64,000 bases of DNA from Hormiphora californensis. Its lineage: Eukaryota > Animalia > Ctenophora. The notes under the pieces were generated by a model, which saw only the letters and a list, made by a program, of their open reading frames with translations, did no database searches and was not told the DNA's origin. Position 1 is the first letter of the stretch. The number at the start of each line of letters is the position of its first letter. Location of the stretch: the NCBI GenBank assembly GCA_020137815.1, contig CM035354.1, positions 1,240,001 through 1,304,000 of the forward strand. Reading direction: 5' to 3'. Positions 62,403 to 64,000 of this stretch are shown here, in pieces. A program made the position numbers and the translations under genes.

Positions 62403-62489
62403 CAGGAACCGACCGACACAAGTAAACAACCAATCAGAACTCGTTATTTAGGTCACGTGACTGGTTATCAGCCAATCAGGGACCAGTAT
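62403..62489. mobile_element. Second, truncated reverse copy of the ~105-bp element at 450-555
   Basis: caggaaccgaccgacacaagtaaacaaccaatcagaactcgttatttaggtcacgtgactggttatcagccaatcagggaccagtat. Confidence 0.8.
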
Positions 62490-63549
62490 AACACATAAAA
62501 CACACTTACCTATCGCGTTCTGCCAACTGGATCCGAGAGAGGTTGTGGGTGATGTTGAAGTTGGCAGAGGAGACGGAGTGGAGTAGCTGGGCCATTCACA
62601 GCTGATATTATGACGTCATAATGAGCTATAAGTGGTTGATTAGTGGTTAATTGGACTTGGCAACGCGGCTATAAATGGCAAACTGATGGGAATTGGAATT
62701 TGATATTTTTAGTAAGAGGATTTTAGTAAAGAGCCTTTGGTATCAAGTTCCAGGTAAAGACTCTGTCAGGAATTACCTATCGTCAAGTGACAACTGCCTT
62801 TGATGTTAGTACTTGAGTGTGTGATACTATCTCTATCCACACTCTATCTTGTTTTAGACTCTACCAGTACCAGGCTTTTAGATAAATATCACACAATTAG
62901 CAGAGTAGATTACTTATTGGTACGACTAAAACAAGGGAGAAAGTTATTCTCTTTCGTCAAAAAGATAGGTTACTGGTTTGACTAAGTATCCAGATATATG
63001 ATACTGGCTATGATCCAGCTGATACATGGTCGGTATAACGGAAACTGGAACAACGACCAGTCTCCCAGAAATAGTAAACAACGAATGAAAACAGATGAGC
63101 TAATGTAGTGAGAGGGCTGCATGTGTATCTTGCAGAACTCGGGATTCGTTTGGCCGCTTGGATTCTATGTAGGAGCTCCTAATAATGAGGGAACGTTTTA
63201 AATGCCCATTTGGGGGATTCATAATCATATGATAATATGGGAGAGAATGTTGTGATGCAATAGTATAATAGTAAACCAATAGAGAGATAGAAAGATAGAG
63301 AGATAGAAAGATAGAAAGATATATAATAGCGCGGAGACAGTAATTTGTGGACAATTCAGTGTCAAAACAATATGCACTGTGTATCAGAATAGTAATCCAA
63401 TGTCTATAATTCGAATAATGCACCTCTCCCTTTCTCTATCTCCCTATCTATCTATCTCTATCTCTCTTTCTATCTCTCTTTCTATCTCTATATCGCCCAC
63501 AATTTCAATCCATTTCTACCTTTAGCTCTCTATATCTCTCTCTCTCTCT

Positions 63550-63584
<35 letters not shown>

Positions 63585-64000
63585 TCTCATTCTTTCCGCA
63601 ACTATAATCGCAGAAAATTCGGTGTACAATAGCGGTGAAACAATCACATACGAGAGAGAAACGCCATCAGAAAACTATATGCTGCAGGCTATAATTCCAG
63701 CCCCGGGTTATGTTGTGTATCTAAGCCAGCCACAAAGTTGTAATGCAACAATGTACATGTGCTATTGCAACCTTGAGGCTCTTAGAGATTGTGCGTTTAG
63801 CCAGTCTATATCTGTACATAAAAGCCAAATCTACCGGTTTGTGGGCCGGTGTCTGACATGACTAAAGACAGAAAAACTCTGGCCGAGACAGAGTTGGCTA
63901 AGTTGCAAGCTGACACTGTGTTCTAAAGTATGAACAATTCAGTTGGCCTCCTGTGAAGCGACACTGTGTTCTAACACTGTGTTCTAAGGAGGGTTAGACT

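Overview
Eukaryotic (animal) genomic DNA, intron-rich and full of (CT/GA)n microsatellites; several features suggest a ctenophore (inference). Two host genes sit head-to-head: a 10-exon CDK11 (PITSLRE) kinase on the minus strand (start 3418, running off the window at 1) and the N-terminal half of an inositol 1,4,5-trisphosphate receptor (ITPR) on the plus strand (about 30 exons traced, ~7138-52555, continuing beyond the window). A cluster of MITE/foldback palindromes lies between them. The ITPR introns host three APE-type LINEs (two nested inside each other within an inverted-repeat-bounded element), a short Penelope-like inverted insertion, a ~9.3 kb apparently intronless SRCR-like/LDLa/7TM GPCR gene on the same strand, and an intronless Shaker-family K+ channel on the opposite strand. 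Main observations: (1) an identical 41-nt leader resembling the ctenophore spliced leader (SL) caps the 5' end of two unrelated retroelements, suggesting SL-trans-spliced retrotransposon RNAs; (2) a pair of equal-length paralogous ITPR exons looks mutually exclusive; (3) many exon boundaries are flanked by tandem arrays made of copies of their own splice sites. There is one 100-N gap and two homopolymer-degraded low-quality stretches (~9000-10300, ~55140-57660), so frameshift-based conclusions need caution.
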